A stretch of DNA of 64,000 nucleotides from Octopus bimaculoides (GCF_001194135.2 NC_068986.1:63238319-63302318); one strand, 5' to 3'; shown: positions 9,190-23,729, numbered from the stretch's first letter. The notes: generated by a model from the letters alone, not told the origin. Translations and numbers: made by a program.

Positions 9190-12100
9190 TATTGTGTGAT
9201 GAAAACTCACAGCTTATTTTGCTGGGTATGATGGGAAGTGTCAGCTGTTCACAGCGAGCAGACAAAGGTGACACTTATTTACTGGTCATGCTTCAAGAAC
9301 CTTGCGAAGAATTCTTGCAGTTCCAGGCAATGCTGATTTTTGTAGGTGTTATATCTTCACACTTGCACCAATCTTTTCCAGCCATGATGGCAGTTGAGTG
9401 TTGATACTTCCAAATATGCCTATTGCTATTGGTATCATGTCTACTCTCTTCATTGACCACAACCTTCGTATTTCCCACTTCAAACCATCATAGTTGTTTA
9501 TCTTTTCTTCTTCTTTCAGATTGATCCTGTTGTCGCTGGGGCAAGCTATGTCAATTATCATGCATGTTTTTTTTTTTATTCACCACAACATTGTCCAATT
9601 TCCAATGTCTGGTCAGGTGATCGCACTGAATCATTGCATCCCCCATGATTTTGCAATTCTCATTCTCAGTGATTCCTTCCAGGGTTTGCTCATCTCACAT
9701 CTTTGTTCTTTGTAGGCCATGATTTCTACAGAGCTCCCAGTGGATCATTCTTGCCACATTGTCATGGTATCTTTTGTATTCGTGTTGTGCCAATTTTGGG
9801 CATTTACCAACGATGCCCCATACTGTTTCATCCCTCTCGCTGCCTATTCTGCATTTGTCATTGTCGGTAGTGTTGTTTATTCTGCGCTTCACATAGATGG
9901 TTCTTAGCGCTTGTTCTTGAGCTGCACATATGAGTGCTTCTGTCTCTGTCTTCAAATCACTCCTCATCATCCATAGTCACTGGTCTTCTGTACCTGTCTT
10001 GGCATTCACATCTCTTGCAAACTGACCATCCATTTTTTTTTCCTTCTATGCATTTTCGTTTTTTCTTTTCATTTCTTGTTTAAATTTTTGTTTACACAAT
10101 TTTCAGTTTTGATGACATTGGCCTTCGTATGTTTTAACAATGGTTCCACAGCATTTTTTATATACCACCCTAGGTTGTTTTCCTCTGCTTCAATACAGTC
10201 CTGGCAAACCTCTCCCACTCTTTCTTGTGGACAAGCACAGCCTATTGGTGTCACTCTTAGGATGGAAGGCTCTGTGTACTGTCAACATTTTTCTGGTCTT
10301 GGTATCCATTTTCTTCACTTCTCTTTTTGCCATCTTATAATTCCTGCTCCATACCCAAATGATGCTATTACTCACGTGTTAACTGCTTGGATTTTATTCC
10401 ATCCAGTCAGTTTTGAGTGTAACTCCAACCTTAATCTTTGGAAATATTCCATCCTCAGTTGCTCTTTCAGTTCCTTCTCCATTATCTCTTTGAACTCTAG
10501 TAAACCAAGGTATTTTTTTAACCTTCGGTTTCAATTTGTTTAATCAAGTCTCTATTCGGAAGTTCTATTCCTGCTAGAGACTGTACCTTGCCTCTTTTTA
10601 GGTACAAATTTAAGTCCAAATTCCATTCTAATATCAGCACTAAAACAATGGACTGTGTTCACCAAGGAACTCACTTGTGTCTCATCCTTGCCATACAATT
10701 TCAAATCATCCTTGAAGAGGAGGTGGTTGATTATTTGGGATTTTCCCTTTAGTTGCTACCTCAGGTTCATTTTCCTTAGTACCAAGGTCAGGGGTGTCAT
10801 ACAGAGAACAAAAAACAATGGAGATAAGCTATCACCCTGGAAAATCCCTTTTCTGATACCCAGGGTGCCCAAGCTTTTTCAGTAAGATGTCAGTTCAGTT
10901 TTCCACTCCACCATACTTCTCTTCAGGAAACATGTTACATTCCTCACAATTCCAAACAGATCTAAGCACCCAATGATCCATGAATATAGAATCCTATCAC
11001 AAGCTTTGTGATTGTCAATCCAGGCCATTTCCAAATGTGTTCTCCTTCATTTACAATCTTGCATTACCATTTTGTCCATCAGTAATTGATCTTTGGTACC
11101 TCTGCATCTCCTTCTACAGCCTTTTTGTTCCATAGGTAATATATTGTTCTCATCAAGAAATTTGTGCAGCTCTTCTGCAATTCCTCCTGACAGTAACTTC
11201 TACATTAATGGGAAGCAGGAAATTGGCCTGTAATTGTCAGCTGCATTTCCCTTTGACGCATCCTTCAGACACAACACTGTTCTTCCTTTTGTCAATCAGC
11301 CCAGGATTTCTTCTTCTCTATTGATCAATGCATTAAGTTGCTCTGTGATCAATTTATAGTAACTACTGATCTTTTTTTATCCAAAATTCCTGTACACCAT
11401 CAGGTCCCACTGCTTTCCAATTGCTTATCTTTTTACTCACATTTTTGATACTGTCTTCTGTGAAGTGGATAACTTCTTGCTGGGGATAAGAAGCTGTTTG
11501 CTTCAGGCTGCAGAGCCATTCAACATAATGCTGTTCTTGCTTACTCCATATCTTACCCCAGAAAAGTCAACTTTCATCAGCATCAGGGTCTAATATTTCA
11601 CATTTTTTATCATCATTAATCTTTTGATAAAATCTTTTTTGGTCAGTTCTAAATAATTTGTTTTGCCGGTATTTCTTAATCCATTGTTCAAACCTAGTTA
11701 GCTTTGCTGTTTTTGTAAGTATGGGCTACTTCAGTTCTTCAATAATAATATTCGGGCCTTTTGTATCTACACCATACTTCTTCCTAACTTTTTTGAATTT
11801 CCATTCATTCTTAAGTTCTCCATTTCTTCTCCTGACAAGTATTAACACTACACTGTCCAAGGAGTTTATATCTTCTGAAATTCTCCTTTTCCACCAAGGT
11901 TGTTTATTTCCTCTTCTATCTGTCGCTTTTCTGTTCTCAGTAGTTCTCAATCCCATCCTTTTTGCCACAATCCTACTAGTAGCCTTGATAAAATTGTTTG
12001 TTTGTGTGATGTTGTTTGTTTTAATGTGTCTCAATACATTATTGACTCATCTCTTGATTTAGTCTCTATTAGTTAGCCTTCTTAAAGTCGCACATTAATT

Positions 12101-12990
12101 TTGTCCTTTCTGTATTTGATAGATCCAAAATCTTATCTTTTATTAATTGGTCTTCATTGTTTAAGTAGTCACTGATCTCAATTCTTTCGCAATTCATGGT
12201 AGTATATTCTTGTGAACAATTTGTCCATCTCTACTACTATATCACTTTCTCATTTCTCGCATACCCAGCATCACCCAATATCCTTCTTTTCATAGCTTCT
12301 AGCTCCAATTCTGTTAGTCATCCATTCATTCGTATTGCTCTTGCTTGCTTACATAATCTCTGTTCAGTAATTTCAAACAGATCTATTGCTGTCCATTCAC
12401 TGTGCATTTGTTTTCTGTACCCTATGACAGGCACACCATTTGCATCCACTGAGGTACTCTGATAGTAACACTCCATAACCATCATGTTTACTTATTTATT
12501 CCACTTATGCCTTGTAGCATGGCTAGCAGTGGCTGGATTACAAGCCGGCCCACCCTGCTAAACAGTGGGGCACCTGCTGGGTGCGACATCTTCACCATTG
12601 GTTCCAGTCCCATTCACACCGTTATTGTCATCTATTTTGCTTGGCATTTTCACTCACAGATGAGGTGTGTTTTTAGGTTACTATCAACTGGTATTTTTAT
12701 CGAGACACTATCTCTATCAAGGTAGTCTGCCAAGGCAAAGGGGCCTTGCTCCCTTGGTTTTGAACTCAGTGATCCTTCTCTTCGGCTGCTTTCCATCCAA
12801 GACTAACAAGTACAGTGTACCTGGAGCACTGGTTATTTGAAGGCACCAGATACTCATTTTTCCCAATCTTCTCCTGTTGGTTTGGCAAAGGAGTCAGGTT
12901 GACTGTCAGGAGATATGTCTTGCACAGGTCAATGGGACATTTTATAAGTGGAGGGCACTCAGCTCCCCTCACCACCCTGACATTGACAGA
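9190..12990 (-). mobile_element. Near full-length R4/Dong-clade non-LTR retrotransposon (RT, zinc knuckle, restriction-like endonuclease), disrupted; ORF about 12647 to 9286
   Basis: N-terminal VMECYY...GYRKQM...TEQRLCKQARAI; RT GIFQGDSLSPL and NHLLFKDDLKLYGK; HPKSDTNRL...GRGL; ETEALICAAQEQAL; degenerate CCHC; IIDIACP; LQKSALPGTARILRKVL*. Short 3' UTR, then (TGA)n. Confidence 0.9.
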
Positions 12991-13573
12991 AAGAAAAAAG
13001 AGAAAAAATTGGAAAAGGAGAGAGAAAGAAGAAAACAACACCAAAAAAAAAAAAAGGAAAATCAACTAGGGAGGGGAGGAAGCCATTTAACACAGCAAGT
13101 GCAGTATAATCCATGTAGATCAACAGAGTGAGTGGGAGGACTGCTTAGGAGTGGTTGTAAAGACAGAAGTGAAGTAGATATTGAACATAAGAGAAGATGG
13201 TTGAGGAGGTGGGTAGGGCAGATGCATCACTGACAAGAGAAGGTGCCTACCACTGTGCTCCTTACTGCCCAAACAAGAAAAGTTTCTGACGAGAAATAAA
13301 TTTAAAGTTGCAGAAACATGTTATATAATTTTTAGATATATCCTTGTATTATATTAAGATCATAGCTTGTGGTATTTTGACTGGGACTCTCTTGGTTGTA
13401 AATAAAGAGCCTGCATGTTTTCAGAAGCAACTAAAACTTGTGCTTTACAGAGAGTGAGGAAGAGAGGAAACGAGAGCAACGAATGAATTAGAGTGTGGAG
13501 AATGAGAGGGACAATTAAGTTCAACAACACATTTAAGACATAGCAATTGTTATTATTAATATTATTATTATCA

Positions 13574-13870
13574 TTATTACCTCCACCTTAGCGAAGGCAG
13601 AAGTATTGTTTTCAGTCGTGCTAATTTGTCTGTTCGTGGACAAGATATCTCAAGAACTACTGGATGGATTCTAATGAAACTTTCAGGGATGTTTGGCCTC
13701 ATGACTGGCACAAGCTGATTAGATTTTGGGATTGATCCAGTACCAGACAAGGATTCTGGGGAGTTTGTTTCTTGTTTTTTTTTAATTTTTGAGAGTGGTT
13801 GGGTTCATTTTTAGTATTCTTGTTTGTGAGGGCAGTCAAGTTTCAGAGATTCTCATTTTAAAAATCATCT
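13574..13870 (+). mobile_element. DINE-1/Helentron-like non-autonomous element, 3'-truncated
   Basis: Collinear with 26746-27096; 5' end ACCTCCACCTTAGCGAAGGCAG. Confidence 0.7.
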
Positions 13871-13884
13871 GCTGTTATCAGTAG

Positions 13885-14075
13885 CTGCTGCTTTGCAGCA
13901 TTCATTTCAGCTCTTTATGTTTTAAGTTCAGATCATGCCAAGGTCAATTTTGCTTTTCATCTCTCTGGAGTCTATAAAATAAAGTACTAGTTAAGTAATG
14001 GGGTCGTTATAATCTACTTACCTCTCCCTTCAAAATTGCTGGCCTTGTGCCAAAATTAGAAATAATTGTTATTGT
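13885..14075 (+). mobile_element. tRNA-derived SINE, family B
   Basis: AAGTTCAGATC B-box region, GGTCAATTTTGCTTTTCATC core and GGCCTTGTGCCAAAATT tail, as in the 57-kb copies. Confidence 0.75.
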
Positions 14076-16748
14076 TACTGTTTTCATAACATTTAGATGT
14101 GTTTTAACTCACTCTGAGACTTGCCAATAAGGATTTTAGTTACCTGTTGACTGTCTAAACCTTCCCACCCCACCAACTTCCAGTATTTAGTAGAAGGTTG
14201 CCTTTACAGATTTATATATTTGATTAAACTTTCACATTTTGACAACATGTCACTTCAAAATGTGTATAAGATACACCTTGTAACAACATGAAAATAATCC
14301 AGCTCACCAAACAAAAATAACAGCACATGAACAGATCAGACCAATAAGTAAATATTTACCTAGAAGTAAAAATATTTGAATGAACATTTAACAGAAAAAA
14401 ATGTTAATGAATATGTTGAATGATAACCATAATGGCAACTGTGACCCACAGTTAAATATCTTATGCAACAGATACATTGCAGCATTAACCAACCCATCTC
14501 ACCTCTTTCATATGGTGGAATTTTTAGATGTGACAAAATGTCCTGAAAATTAGTTAAATGGGAAATTTTTGTAAAATTGTTGTAAAGCATCATTTCTTTG
14601 CCCCAGGATCTGCTTCAGAAGAGTGCAAAGAGAAAAATAACATATCTGTGCACATATTCACAAGCATACGACTACTAATTCACACATACACACACACATT
14701 GTCAATTTGTGCAATCACAGCAACCTCATTTACACTTTACCCACAATACCTTGCTATTCCCTATTTAATTTGATCATTACTATTAAAGTGAAAGCTGAGC
14801 AATCTGTTGACCTGGTGTCAAGAATGATTGAGTTAACCAATATATCCACTCACTGAACTATATCTCATACTTCCTTGATAGTGAAGTACTACTTATCCTG
14901 CTTGTGAAATTCTCAAAATTCCAACCCTCTACACTTGATAACATCAAAAATGTTGCATCATCAGACACTTTAGAAGTAGCTTGTATAGACTTAAAATAGC
15001 CCATCTAACTATGTTAGAAGTAGAATCAACATAAGCAGCAGGCTGTCATTGTAATAGTACTCTGCAAGAAGTGTATCACAGTCTAGATAGAATTTGATTC
15101 AGATTATTGTCTTAATTTTTATAGAGAGATGAGGCCTTGGCTAAAACTTTTGCAACCCCAAACCTTCTTATTACGTATGTTAATCTCTTACCCCTCCCCT
15201 TGCCCCTAATGAAATGCTAAACAATAATTTCCTGCTGCACTGATTGGCCTATTTTCTTATTCTTACTACTTCAACAAGGTATTCTTTCTAAATGCTTAAA
15301 ACAAAGCTAAAATAAATAATAAAAAAGAACTTTAATCAGCTCTGATCTAGAATATCAACATGCAATATTTTGTATCAATTTATTCTATTCATTTCTAACT
15401 TCATATCTAAGTGGCCTGAAGCATTTTGTACAGGAATTCTACTGATAAACACTTGTTGTCTCTTTTCCTCACCCCACTCCCATTTACTTCAAAATAGAAA
15501 GATTGCTGTGAAAATACTATTGATTGGTTGCAAATCACTTGCTTTAGTCACATATTGAATAGATTCTTACAAATTACAATGCATATGGGCTGGATTGCAG
15601 TTGTGGGGGAGGGGAAGTAGAAGAATGAAAGAATATAAAATGTTTTGTAAATCACTGAAATATCACTGAAAGTATTTTAATCTGTGATTTCATCAGAATA
15701 TCTTGCTATGTAATTCTCTTATAAATTCTTAAAGAAATTGAACTACTCCGCAAATTTGCTATTTCCTTGTAAATCTTAAGTATGACTAACTTTTAATCTG
15801 TAAAGCATATTTCAAAGTTGAATTGCTAACCATAATATGCTTTCTAAAATTTACTAATTTTTTTTCTTTTTAAGTTATTCTTATGCATTTTCTTTTTAAT
15901 AATTATTAATTTAAGGTGTTCTTTGTCAAATAGATTTTAGGTTATTTTTTAAGATATTGACTCCCTCTAAAATTTGATAACTTATGAGATAAAACAATGT
16001 GATTCTGTATACTAGTATTGTAGTTATTCATCTATTGGGTATTATGTTGTCAGCAGAATCATGATTTAGGTTGGAGCTGCTTCAGAACAATTAAGTAAAT
16101 GTAAATACATCACTACTTCCATTATCAGGTTTTGTGTCTACAGAGAAATAAGTTTAGATCATTTTTGGTTCAGAACTCTTCTCTGATTTCCTGAAAATCT
16201 GTTTTACAATGATGCAAGATTCTTGTTAACTCTCAAACATTTGAGTTCTCTGCTAGCAGTATCACTCTCAGACATCTTGGGCAAGGTAAATATCAGGTCC
16301 AAGAAAACATTAAAAGATTATTGCCATTATCTACTTTCAGGCATGTTTTTTCATAACAGCTTGTTGTTTGGACTCTATCTAATTCTCACTTTTCAACTGG
16401 GAGATAATTCATGTATTCAATTCTAGTTCTTCCTTTGTCAACAACCTACTAAACCAGCAAGAGAACATTTGTTATTATTTGAACTACAAAAAGTAGTTAC
16501 TAAATCTCCCTCAAATAACACTCTACTATCTTTAAAAATGAAGCACAGTGGAAAATGTAAACCTAAACACCATCTTAAAATAAGATGGAATATTCATAGC
16601 TGGAAAATTCTCTATTATTAGACTACTGAGCAAGCTTGACCTCATGTTAAATAGCCACATCCAACCCACTCTACAATTAATGAGGAAATTTACCAAGGCT
16701 GGATAATTCTGATATCTGTCTATGCATATACATTCCTTCACTAATGTT

Positions 16749-17118
16749 GGCAGGCATGGCTGTGTGGTAAGAAGTTGCTTCCCAATCACATGGTTCCAAG
16801 TTCAGTTTCACTGCATGGTACCTTGGGCAAGTGTCTTCTACTATAGCCTCAGATGGACCAAAGCCTAATGTGAATGGATTTGGTAGATGGAAACTGAAAG
16901 AAGCCCCTCGTGTGTTTGTGTTTGCTCCCCACCACTTCTTGACAAGTGGTGTTGGTTTGATTACATTCTCGTAACTTAATGATTAGACAAAAAGAGACTG
17001 ATAGAATTAATACTAGATTTTAAAAGAATAAATCCTGGGGTCAATTTGTTTGACTAAAACCCTTCATGGTACTCCAGCATCACCACAGTCAAATGACTGA
17101 AACAAGTAAAAGATAGAA
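16749..17118 (+). mobile_element. tRNA-derived SINE, family A, full length
   Basis: A-box-like TGGCTGTGTGGT and B-box-like AGTTCAGTTTC; core CCTTGGGCAAGTGTCTTCTACTATAGCC; tail GACTGAAACAAGTAAAAGA. Confidence 0.85.
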
Positions 17119-18379
17119 GATGATATATTTTTCTTTGTATTTTTCTCCCATTGGTCATCGTGGATGTCCCATTTATATGACATCCAGAACATTTTGCATT
17201 TGGGATTAATAATTTAGCTTCCTTCTACACTATTCAAAACAAGCATTAAACATCTTCAGAAAAGAGAACAAATGTGTCAGTGCATCTTTGTTCCTCAATA
17301 ATAATAATACACAACTTGAAGTTTTAGATTCTCTACACTTGTTAGATGTGACATATACTAACAGTCTTTCATAGGAACTCTACATTTAGTCCACATGAAC
17401 TAAAAAATTGCTTCATAAAAGTTGCTTTTCTTCTTTAGAGTCCACAATGAGTTTAAACCTGAGATGGTAAACCATTTTTATTAAAGGATAAATATATCCA
17501 TCCACCCCAAGAATAGTATCACATATTTTGATTAAAATACCACACCTACTTGATATTCCTGCACATCTTCCTCTCATCATCCTTCCACGCTTCTCTTCTT
17601 ACTTGGTTGTATGGTTTGCAATAAGAGCTTCTGGCTGTAAAACCAGCTGTTTCAATGAAAACCATTCTACTAATGTTTAAGACATTTTTTTTTTAAAAAA
17701 AGGCTACCTTAAGCAATTCAATCAACAAACACTAATCTCACTGTATAATCCCAATCTCATTTGTCAAAAATATCTAATTTTGCTAAGCTACTAAAATCAT
17801 CAAATTATAGTTGCTTAAAAGAAGCTACAAACACTGTTTTTGTTCCTCAAAATGGAAAGGAAAAAAAACACTGATAAGTAAAGATATTTGCTGTACATTG
17901 TCTTAAGTTTGACATTCCCAAACAAAACTTCTTTAAGTTATTCACCAATAAATTACAGAGTTGATTTCACATAACATACAGTATTGACTTATGAGTGTTC
18001 CTCATTTTTTTTTTAGATCAGCCATGAACAATCTATAGCCCACAGAACTTTCTAAATAACAATGTTAATGAAAAATTACTTTGAATATTTTTGTAGAGTA
18101 GCTCTCAATAAAGATTATCTGCTTTAGATAGTTGTCCTACTTGTAAGCGGACACACATTTTGTTTCTTCAAGTGTTAGATGGTTAAAGAAAATATAATCC
18201 ATTATTCAATTAATGATTTAATCAAGATGTAGTAATTGATATTTTAATTAGTAATTTCTTACAAACCCCAGAATACTTTATTATAAAGAAGTTTATGGTT
18301 TAGAATTAAAAAACAAAAGAACTCATTTTTATCATAAACCAGTTTGATTTAATGGTTGGTCCTGTTTGGGAAGACTTTT

Positions 18380-18510
18380 AAACAAAGGTGTTCCATCAGT
18401 GACCACCCACTATTCTAAAACTACATTGTCCAATGTGCCCTTCCTTTTTTTTTAAAGATTGTAGTATGTAATTTTAGGGTATTTAGCCATTATTTCTAAC
18501 AGATTGAGCA
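18380..18510 (-). repeat. Family D repeat fragment
   Basis: CTACATTGTCCAATGTGCCCTTCC...TTTAGCCATTATTTCTAACAG, shared with other copies. Confidence 0.55.
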
Positions 18511-20429
18511 CCCATACAATTGCTTCCTTGTTGGCATATCAAAAATTATAGAAAAGATGCGATAAGATTGTCATCATAATAATAGACAATCTAATAGTTA
18601 TTTTTAAAAGTTGTGAATTTCTGTATCTGTTCATTAGAATCAGTAATTTATTTACTTTACTTACCTAGCCCATGGTGGATGGTTATGTGATTTCTAATTA
18701 AGTTGTGTTTTGGTAGCTTGTAATTTTGATTTTTATTCCTATGTAAAAATAAAAGTCTTTGCTATGTTGTGAAAGACTCCTTAAACTTCTCAGTGTAAGA
18801 GATTCCAATGATCAAGAAGATCAAGAGTGGCTTTAGTTAAAAGGCAAAGTGTGAAGGAGAATGATTCTTAATCAACTTGTTTGTTGTAGATCTATTGTAA
18901 ATAATTCTGTTTGTGACTGTCCCTAACATCTTGATCTATTTTATAATTGCTCATAGATGTTAACAATCAATTGGTTTCCTTTCAATTGACAGGTTTGATA
19001 TCTGTCTATCTACCCTTATTACCTTACACAGTTGCTTCAGTGATTTACTTTTTCTGCCACACTAAGCACATATTCCATTTTAATAGCTGATTGGCTGACG
19101 TAAGGGAAGGTAACCAACCATGAAAACTGGAATCAGGCAAGTATGTGTAGATGCACATGTGTATAATCACAAATCATTATAAATTTATGAAAGCTATATT
19201 TAATTTTCTCTCAAGTATTTGTCATATATAATTAAAATATACAAAAATGCAGAGACTCCCCCTACCTCTGAATAATTCAATACACTACTTATCTAATTTA
19301 TTTCCAACCTCATGCAGTTTATCTTGCACTAAACACTATTTCACAATCTTTCTATGCAGCTGTTTTATCATAATTACAAAATCCATTGTTTCTAAACAAA
19401 TATCAACCTCCTTTCAATATTGCTTCACTTTATTACTCCAGTTAATCTCAACTGACTAAGAGCTCAGCTTTTATTCTCTGAAACAATGCGTTAAAAAAAA
19501 CCTAATCTTTCAAGTCATTCTAGTTTTAGTCTGTAACTTTCAAAAAGTATCAAAATAGAAATCTTTCCTTACTTATCTCTAGCTTACCATTGTGCTGTGT
19601 AGAAGATGCAATCTAGGTAGAATGCTTGTCTAACATGAATTGACCATTTTCAATTTGGTTAAAGCCAAGTAAAATTAATTGCTTTCACTAAGTCATCAAG
19701 TTTGTGCTCATGATAATCCACTTGGTCATTCCACGACCCTTGTTCCTATTAAGAATATTATATGTTATGTGGAATGAAGGTTTATCTTGTAGTATAGCTG
19801 ATTATTATGGTTCCAATCTACTACTTCTGTATCTCACTTCACTGTCTCATATTTATGTTGTCACCTTGCTAAGAAGAGCATTAACAGGCATCATTTAAAT
19901 TTTAAATGTGTGTATGCCTACATTTTCACTCTTCTCTCTTTCTCTCTTTAATAAAGGTATTTTGAAATGTGGAGAAAAATGTTAGGTAGGGACAATTCCA
20001 TGACAGCATACCCCTTAATTAATTCCCTTTATATGAAGTTGAGATAATTGCTTAGAAGTATTGTTAATTAATTGATTAATAACCAAGACTTTAGTTTCAG
20101 CAGGAAATCAAATGAAATTCTCATATATCACCTTCAAATTTAAAGTGTTACAGAATCATGACAGCAGAGTAATTAAGATGACAAACTTTGTGATTTAAAG
20201 AGCCATAAGTTCAAATTGTTCCATTCTCACATTCTCCTCATCAGCTGCAACTCTGTTTGTAACATTCATTTCTGGGTGGAATAATTTCATTTATCTGGAT
20301 ATAAAATGTTTCTTACCTTTGCATGTGCCTAAAAAGGAAAAGTAGAAAGTTTTTTGTTGTTATCAAGTAAACTCTGATCAAGCAGATTGATGATCAAAAG
20401 TATTCTAGCCATGATAATTTATCTTTCTA

Positions 20430-20790
20430 AGATTATGTAGGACAAATATGGCAGTTCACTTCACAACCACATAGTTTTGGTGTAGTCCTACTTTGTAGCA
20501 TCATGATTAAATTTCTGGTATTAAAGCCTCAAGCTGATAAATATCCTATGTATGAAACTTGATGGACAGAAACTCTGTTTACATATTTTATCTCTGTGTC
20601 TGTCTTTACATTGACACTACTCGCAAAATTGTACTCCATGTTTGTGTCCTATAGCTTAGTAATTCAGCAAATAGTGATTAGTACTAGACTGAAAAATAAG
20701 TACTATGGTCAGTATGATCCATTAAAACCCTTCAAGCAGTATTTCTGTGTGGCAGCTTCAGTGAATGACTAAAGCAAGTAAAAGAATTAA
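20430..20790 (+). mobile_element. SINE family A, strongly decayed
   Basis: Residual head (CACAACCACATAGTTTTGG) and tail (AAAACCCTTCAAG...GACTAAAGCAAGTAAAAGAA). Confidence 0.55.
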
Positions 20791-21129
20791 TGAAGATGTC
20801 CTGTCCTCTTATAGAATGGTAGCATGTGATTTGAGAGATATTTGGCCATTGTTTCTAGCAGGCCAAGTAACCATATTGGCTCACAGGAGGACAGGAAATT
20901 TCTCATGAAGGTGGACATGAAAAGAAAGACTGCATATGATGCCTGTTATGGTTTCATTGAGAGTGAGAGAGAAAGAGTATGGGTGTTGAGTAGTAGAATG
21001 AATTTGGCAACAGATAATTTTGAATAACAGCATAAGTTGAAAGAGTAAAGATTAGTAGAATAGGGAAAGGAAAGATGAAATAATGATTAACCAAAGGCTT
21101 TATGTGTCAAAATGTGGTCTATGATGGCA

Positions 21130-21400
21130 GCCGTTTTAATTACTCTGTAGACACAGATCCACTGTAATTCAACAGATTTTTGCATGCAGATAGTTGGCCA
21201 AATGGCTGCACATGATCCACATCTATTGTTCCAAGTAAGCCATGTCTCCACCTAGCTAAGAATGTTGTAACACACTCTGGAATGCAGTGATGATGTTTTA
21301 CAGGGGGTAGAGTGTGACAGTTGAGACATGTATTTTATCCACTGTCCAGTCTATTATGAAGAAGCTTCTACATGGTTGTTCAACATGCTATAATTAGCAG
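21130..21400 (-). mobile_element. Possible Tc1/mariner-superfamily (maT-like) transposase remnant
   Basis: Frameshifted fragments DHVQP / IWP / NLLNYSGSV resemble the DH.TP..WPP.SPDLNPLDY.VW motif. Weak. Confidence 0.25.
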
Positions 21401-22257
21401 TCAAATCTTGAAATGTTATCCTACCATCTTAAAAATAGGTGACTATACTATAAAAGGGATAAATTAGTCACAGCTGTCAGTTGTATAGGTACAAATCAGC
21501 CCTGATCAAGCAGACTTATGATCAAAAGCGTTCTAGTTACAACCATTCTGACTTGACTCTTTTTCTATGTATGCATGTTTTTCAGTTTTATTTTACATGT
21601 TTCTTACAAGTGGAGAAAATCAGTTTCTAGCTAAGAAACAAGACTCAATGGAATTTAGACAACATCAAGCAGGATAATGTAATATATATGTGTGTGTGAG
21701 TTTGTGTGTGCACACACGTGTGCATGCATGCATGTACATATCTATACATACACATTTCTATCTGCACATGTACATCTTTGTGCAGGAATAGATGGCATTC
21801 CATATGTGGGTCTTACTACATGTTGAACTTCGTGAATGTTTTACATATTTTTATAGTACATTTCATACCTTGTAATACACTGAGCATGTGTTTTTTGTAG
21901 TTTTGTAAGCACACTTTCTCAAGATTAGTCATGTTGTGTTCCAATAATTATTGATAGAAATCTAAAGTTATAATCTGAACGGAGTACCTGCAGATTTCTC
22001 AGTTTGATATAGATGTTTTATTTTTTACTAAATGTTGACTGGGCATTTGATTTCACCTATGGTACATAGTTTCTTTTTTCTGTCCCTGATCATTATGTCT
22101 GGTCTGTTGCCCTTCATTTTATTGAAATCTTGATAAGGACACTCCACCATTATTTCTTCATATTATGTTTGATTATGCTCTCCACATCACTGTAGCTTTT
22201 CATATTAGTCTCCTCACAATTATCCTTTCTACAAATTTCCTGATATAAAGTTTGATA

Positions 22258-22280
22258 CATATATATGTATGTGTGTGTGC

Positions 22281-22347
<67 letters not shown>
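22258..22347. repeat. (TG)n(TA)n microsatellite
   Basis: Seen directly. Confidence 0.95.
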
Positions 22348-22351
<4 letters not shown>

Positions 22352-22698
22352 AGTTTTGATCTGTGATTGAGCATTATTTGAATTTCTTATCTGATGTACC
22401 ATATAATCACTTGTGTTATTCTCCTAGGGTCAATAAAATATATGGGAGTCATTGTCTGGGATAGATATAAGTAAACCCACCAACCCCACATCAATATGTT
22501 GCACCAATGTACGAAATCAATATATAAAGACTTTGTGTTATTCAATAAATGAGATTATGACTGAACTCTAGTGCAAGATTTGTTTTGTGCTTGGAACTGT
22601 TAGACAGTTTATATAGCTTGGCCTTTTACCGAGCTAGTAGAACATCATATTTTGCTGATATAGAAGTTCAAGGTTTGAAACACAGACACACATGCACG

Positions 22699-22733
<35 letters not shown>

Positions 22734-22811
22734 TTTCAACTAGTAAATTTCATTTCTGATGTTCTGGTGTTACAGTGTGATCAAACTTCTTGCCTACACA
22801 GCCATATTTCC

Positions 22812-22850
<39 letters not shown>

Positions 22851-22853
<3 letters not shown>

Positions 22854-23064
22854 TTTCTCTTTTAGTCATTAGACTGCAGCTATGCTGAAGTACTTCCCTT
22901 GAAGGGTTTAGTTGACCAAATTGACTCTTGTACTTATTTTTTAAAACCTGGTAATTTATGGGGATGCAAACAAACCAGCACTAGTTGTCAAGCAGCAATG
23001 AGAGACAAAGAGAAATACAAAGAAAAACACTCAAGTATATGTGATGGGTTTCTTTCAGTTTGAG
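22851..23064 (-). mobile_element. SINE family A, 5'-truncated, next to (TA)n at 22817-22850
   Basis: Reverse complement of the family A tail and centre (CCCTTGAAGGGTTT, GGGTTTCTTTCAGTTT). Confidence 0.7.
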
Positions 23065-23534
23065 TAATATATATATATATATATTTATGCATATATGTAT
23101 GCTGGTGCATTGAATGATTGATGAGTATTCTGACAAGCTATACTCATTTAGAGTACCTCACTTGAGTATGATTTACCAGAAGAATGAACTCTGTCATTTT
23201 GATTCAATGCTGCTGCAATAGTACAGTGTTACACTTGGTTTATTATTTGTTCATTTGATATTTAATTATAATATTCTTTTTTGGAAAACATGTTTTCTTA
23301 TCTTAAATTTTGTACTAAAGAAATGGAAACCTATCCATGTCCTACACACTTATTGTTTATCTGTGATATAAGAGCAAGCCAGTTGTGTTTTAAATAGTGA
23401 CTTGCCAACTCAAAATTCCAGTGATTTTGTTTATCAACCCCAGTCAGCCTTTACCAAGCAGATCTATGACCAAAAGTATTCCAGTCTTATTCCTACTTTT
23501 AATACACTTCATTTAGGAATATAAATGCAGAGTA

Positions 23535-23689
23535 AGTGCAGGCTCTGCTATGTGGTAAAAGGTTTGCTTCCCAGCCACATGGTTTCAGTTAAAGCCCCAC
23601 TGTGTAACACCTTGGGCAAGTGTCTTCTACTAAAGTCCCAGGCCAACCAAAGCCTTGTATGTGGACTTGACAGAGACTGAAAGAGCATT

Positions 23690-23729
<40 letters not shown>

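Noticed and set aside
13286-13322. CTGACGA...GAAACATGTT hammerhead-like spacing
   Set aside because: Stem I does not pair and stem II is not well formed.
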